This document shows, piece after piece, positions 61,501 to 64,000 of a stretch of DNA of 64,000 nt. Within the stretch, counting starts at the first letter, position 1, and every line of letters begins with the position of its first letter. The notes beneath the pieces are model-generated. The model had not been told where the DNA came from and did not search any database. It saw nothing but the letters and a program-made list of their open reading frames with translations. Source of the stretch: Acinetobacter sp. (lineage in GTDB: Bacteria > Pseudomonadota > Gammaproteobacteria > Pseudomonadales > Moraxellaceae); contig NZ_JBAPXX010000043.1 of the NCBI RefSeq assembly GCF_049284435.1, forward strand, positions 470 through 64,469, written 5' to 3'. Position numbers and translations under genes: made by a program.

Positions 61501-63999
61501 TTATGCCATGATTTTACGTGCCTGACGCAGCATAAAATTCTTAAAGTCATCCAGGTAAGTAAAGATCACCGGCACCACCACCAAGGTCAGCAGGGTAGAG
61601 GTAATTACCCCGCCAATCACCGCATGCGCCATCGGTGCACTTTGTTCACCACCTTCACCTAGCCCTAAGGAAAGTGGAACCATGCCCATGACCATCGCGC
61701 TGGTGGTCATCAGAATAGGACGCAAACGGGTTTTACCAGCGGCAATAATCGCATCATAACGATCTTCGCCGCGATCCATGGCCTTCTTGATGAAGTCGAT
61801 CAGCAGAATCGCATTCTTGGTCACCAGTCCCATCAGCATGATAATGCCGATAATCGAAAACAGGTTCATGGTCGAGTTAAACAGGAACAAGGCCAGAAAC
61901 ACGCCAATGAGCGACAATGGCAGTGAAGCCATAATTGCCGCAGGATGAATAAAACTGTTGAACTGCGAACCGAGCACAATATAGATAAAGACAATCGATA
62001 GGGTAATCGCGGTCAAGGCATAGCCTGCGGATTCTGCCATGTCGGCATTGGAGCCTTGAGTGTCGAAACTATAACCCGGTGGCATATCGAAATTTTCTTG
62101 TAATCGGTTGATATCCGTCCCGATGTCGCCTGCAGGACGTCCTGAGGTATTGGCCTCGACCAGAACTTCACGTGCCAAATCACGTCGGTTAATCTGCGAA
62201 GCACCCAGTTTTTCTTCAAATTTGGCCACGCTCGAAAGCGGAATCAGAATCGGTTGATTATTGGCATCGGTTTTATTTGAGGTGATAGACATATTCTGTA
62301 AATCGCTAGGCAAGCTGCGCTGGTCTTCGGTCAGGCGCAGATTCACATCATAGGTTTCACCTTTTTCATCCTGCCAGGTCGTGACATCATCACCGGCAAT
62401 CAGCGGACGCACCACATTGGCTATCTGATTGACCGATAAACCTAAATCACTGGCCAAGACGCGATTAATCTGTACATCAAGAGTCGGCTTGGGTTCTTTT
62501 AATGAAGTTTCCAGATCGACAATGCCATTAATCTTCGCCATTTCCGTCATAAAACGATCGGAAATTTTTTGCAATTCATCCAGATCCGGGCCTTTGATCG
62601 AAATCATGATCGGTTTCTGACCGCCTGAAACGGTTTCATCAGCGGATGCCACCGAGGTAATGCTGATTCCGGCAACCGATTGTAGACGCTGGCGGAATTC
62701 ATTATTTAAGTCATTCAGGGTCTTTTCACGTTCGGTACGCGGCGTTACAGTCACCCGTAAACTGACATGGTTTTTACCGCGGTCGGTTGCGCCATTAATC
62801 ACCCCATAGGTGGCTTTGACATCCGGATGCTGACGAATAGTCTGATCCACCTGCTGCAGTTTGGCTTGTGAATATTCAAGCGATGAATCGACCGGTGTTT
62901 CAAACTTGATCCGAATTTCGCCTTTATCCGGGACCGGTACAAATTCGGTGCCGATTAGTTTAGATAAACCCAGAGCACCAAATAATGAAGCCACAGCAAT
63001 CATTAAGGTAATCAATCTGAATCGCAGCGCCAGTTTTAATAATTTTTCATAGACATGGCTTAAGTTATCCAGCTTCCCAGAGATCCAGCTAAAGAAACGT
63101 TTCACTCGACCTGGTTTTTTATTCGGATCTTTTTTCTTTTCTGCCCAGTGTGCTGAGAGCATCGGATCCAGGGTAAAGCTGACAAACATCGAGATCAGAA
63201 CGGCCATGCTCACCGTGACCCCGAACTGGTAGAAGAAACGGCCAATAATTCCGCCCATAAAGGCCACAGGCAGGAATACGGCAACAATGGTCAGTGTCGT
63301 GGCCAGCACGGCTAAGCCAATTTCTTTGGTGCCATCGAGCGCGGCAGTCACATGATCTTTGCCCATATCGGCATGCCGGACAATATTTTCACGCACCACA
63401 ATCGCATCATCGATCAATAAGCCAATACTTAGGGACAGCGCCAGCAAAGTCATCATATTGATGCTAAAACCAAAGGCCCAGATAAAGGTCAGCGTACCCA
63501 AGAGTGCAATGGGCAGGGTTAAGCCGGTAATCACGGTTGAACGGAAAGAACCTAGGAACAGCAGGACAATCAGCACAGCCAGTACAGCACCTTCAATAAT
63601 GGTGCGGGCTACATCACCAATGGTGCCGCGGATACTTTTGGAGGAATCTACCACTACTTGTAAAGTAGTGCCTTGAGGAAGCTGCGCCTTAATACTTTCT
63701 AAAGTTGCGTAGCTCTTGTCTACTACTTCAATGACGTTTGTATCTGAACTACGCAAAATATCAATCGCCACTGCGGTTTTACCATTTAGAAAAGCTGCAG
63801 ATTCCAGCTCTGCCTGACTGTCTTGAATATTGGCCACTTGTCTGAGGAAAATCGGTACGCCGTTTTTATTGGCAATGACCAGATCGCCGAAGGCGAGGGG
63901 ATGTAGCACTTTGGAATTGATTTCAATGACCAGTTCCGAATTACCCGATTTAAGCGTCCCCCCCGGGACTTCAATATTTTCGGCCTTTAAAGTGTTGAT
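61501..63999 (-). CDS. RND efflux permease, AcrB/AcrD/AcrF family (3' part; runs off window end)
   Basis: [27 protein letters not shown]. The frame stays open to the window edge ([14 protein letters not shown]...). Confidence 0.95.
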   Translation of the reverse strand: MNTLKAENIEVPGGTLKSGNSELVIEINSKVLHPLAFGDLVIANKNGVPIFLRQVANIQDSQAELESAAFLNGKTAVAIDILRSSDTNVIEVVDKSYATLESIKAQLPQGTTLQVVVDSSKSIRGTIGDVARTIIEGAVLAVLIVLLFLGSFRSTVITGLTLPIALLGTLTFIWAFGFSINMMTLLALSLSIGLLIDDAIVVRENIVRHADMGKDHVTAALDGTKEIGLAVLATTLTIVAVFLPVAFMGGIIGRFFYQFGVTVSMAVLISMFVSFTLDPMLSAHWAEKKKDPNKKPGRVKRFFSWISGKLDNLSHVYEKLLKLALRFRLITLMIAVASLFGALGLSKLIGTEFVPVPDKGEIRIKFETPVDSSLEYSQAKLQQVDQTIRQHPDVKATYGVINGATDRGKNHVSLRVTVTPRTEREKTLNDLNNEFRQRLQSVAGISITSVASADETVSGGQKPIMISIKGPDLDELQKISDRFMTEMAKINGIVDLETSLKEPKPTLDVQINRVLASDLGLSVNQIANVVRPLIAGDDVTTWQDEKGETYDVNLRLTEDQRSLPSDLQNMSITSNKTDANNQPILIPLSSVAKFEEKLGASQINRRDLAREVLVEANTSGRPAGDIGTDINRLQENFDMPPGYSFDTQGSNADMAESAGYALTAITLSIVFIYIVLGSQFNSFIHPAAIMASLPLSLIGVFLALFLFNSTMNLFSIIGIIMLMGLVTKNAILLIDFIKKAMDRGEDRYDAIIAAGKTRLRPILMTTSAMVMGMVPLSLGLGEGGEQSAPMAHAVIGGVITSTLLTLVVVPVIFTYLDDFKNFMLRQARKIMA

Positions 64000-64000
64000 C

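Noticed and set aside
63958..63964. C7 homopolymer in the RND gene
   Set aside because: The reading frame is intact through it (VPGGT); no evidence of slippage.

Overview
Chromosomal segment from an Acinetobacter species, judged from bfmRS, fused nuoCD, gigC and gene order; the species cannot be fixed from sequence alone. The core backbone is: 5' part of nrdA (with NrdR and DnaA boxes), bfmRS, a complete nuoA-N operon, upp, three tandem cold-shock-domain genes, gigC/fpr, a Glu/Asp ABC transporter, a sigma54-type eat-eutBC operon, a CmpX-like channel, an Amt transporter, a secreted MBL-fold hydrolase, metG, apbC, dcd, proS and the 3' part of an RND permease. The most interesting accessory material is: (i) a four-gene operon (53262-59632) of secreted DUF6160/FilA-like proteins that all carry a double-glycine-like second leader behind the Sec signal, with no peptidase or export channel nearby; (ii) a decaying AT-rich patch at 44.6-46.8 kb holding a doubly disrupted PIN-like gene, a gene stub, a small membrane-protein ORF and two back-to-back copies of a ~90-nt TwoAYGGAY-like structured element with covarying stems and a covarying pseudoknot; (iii) a CsgG/DUF4810/DUF799 lipoprotein trio without curli genes. 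No rRNA, tRNA, CRISPR array, transposase or prophage gene was seen. All family assignments come from motif recognition by eye, not database searches.
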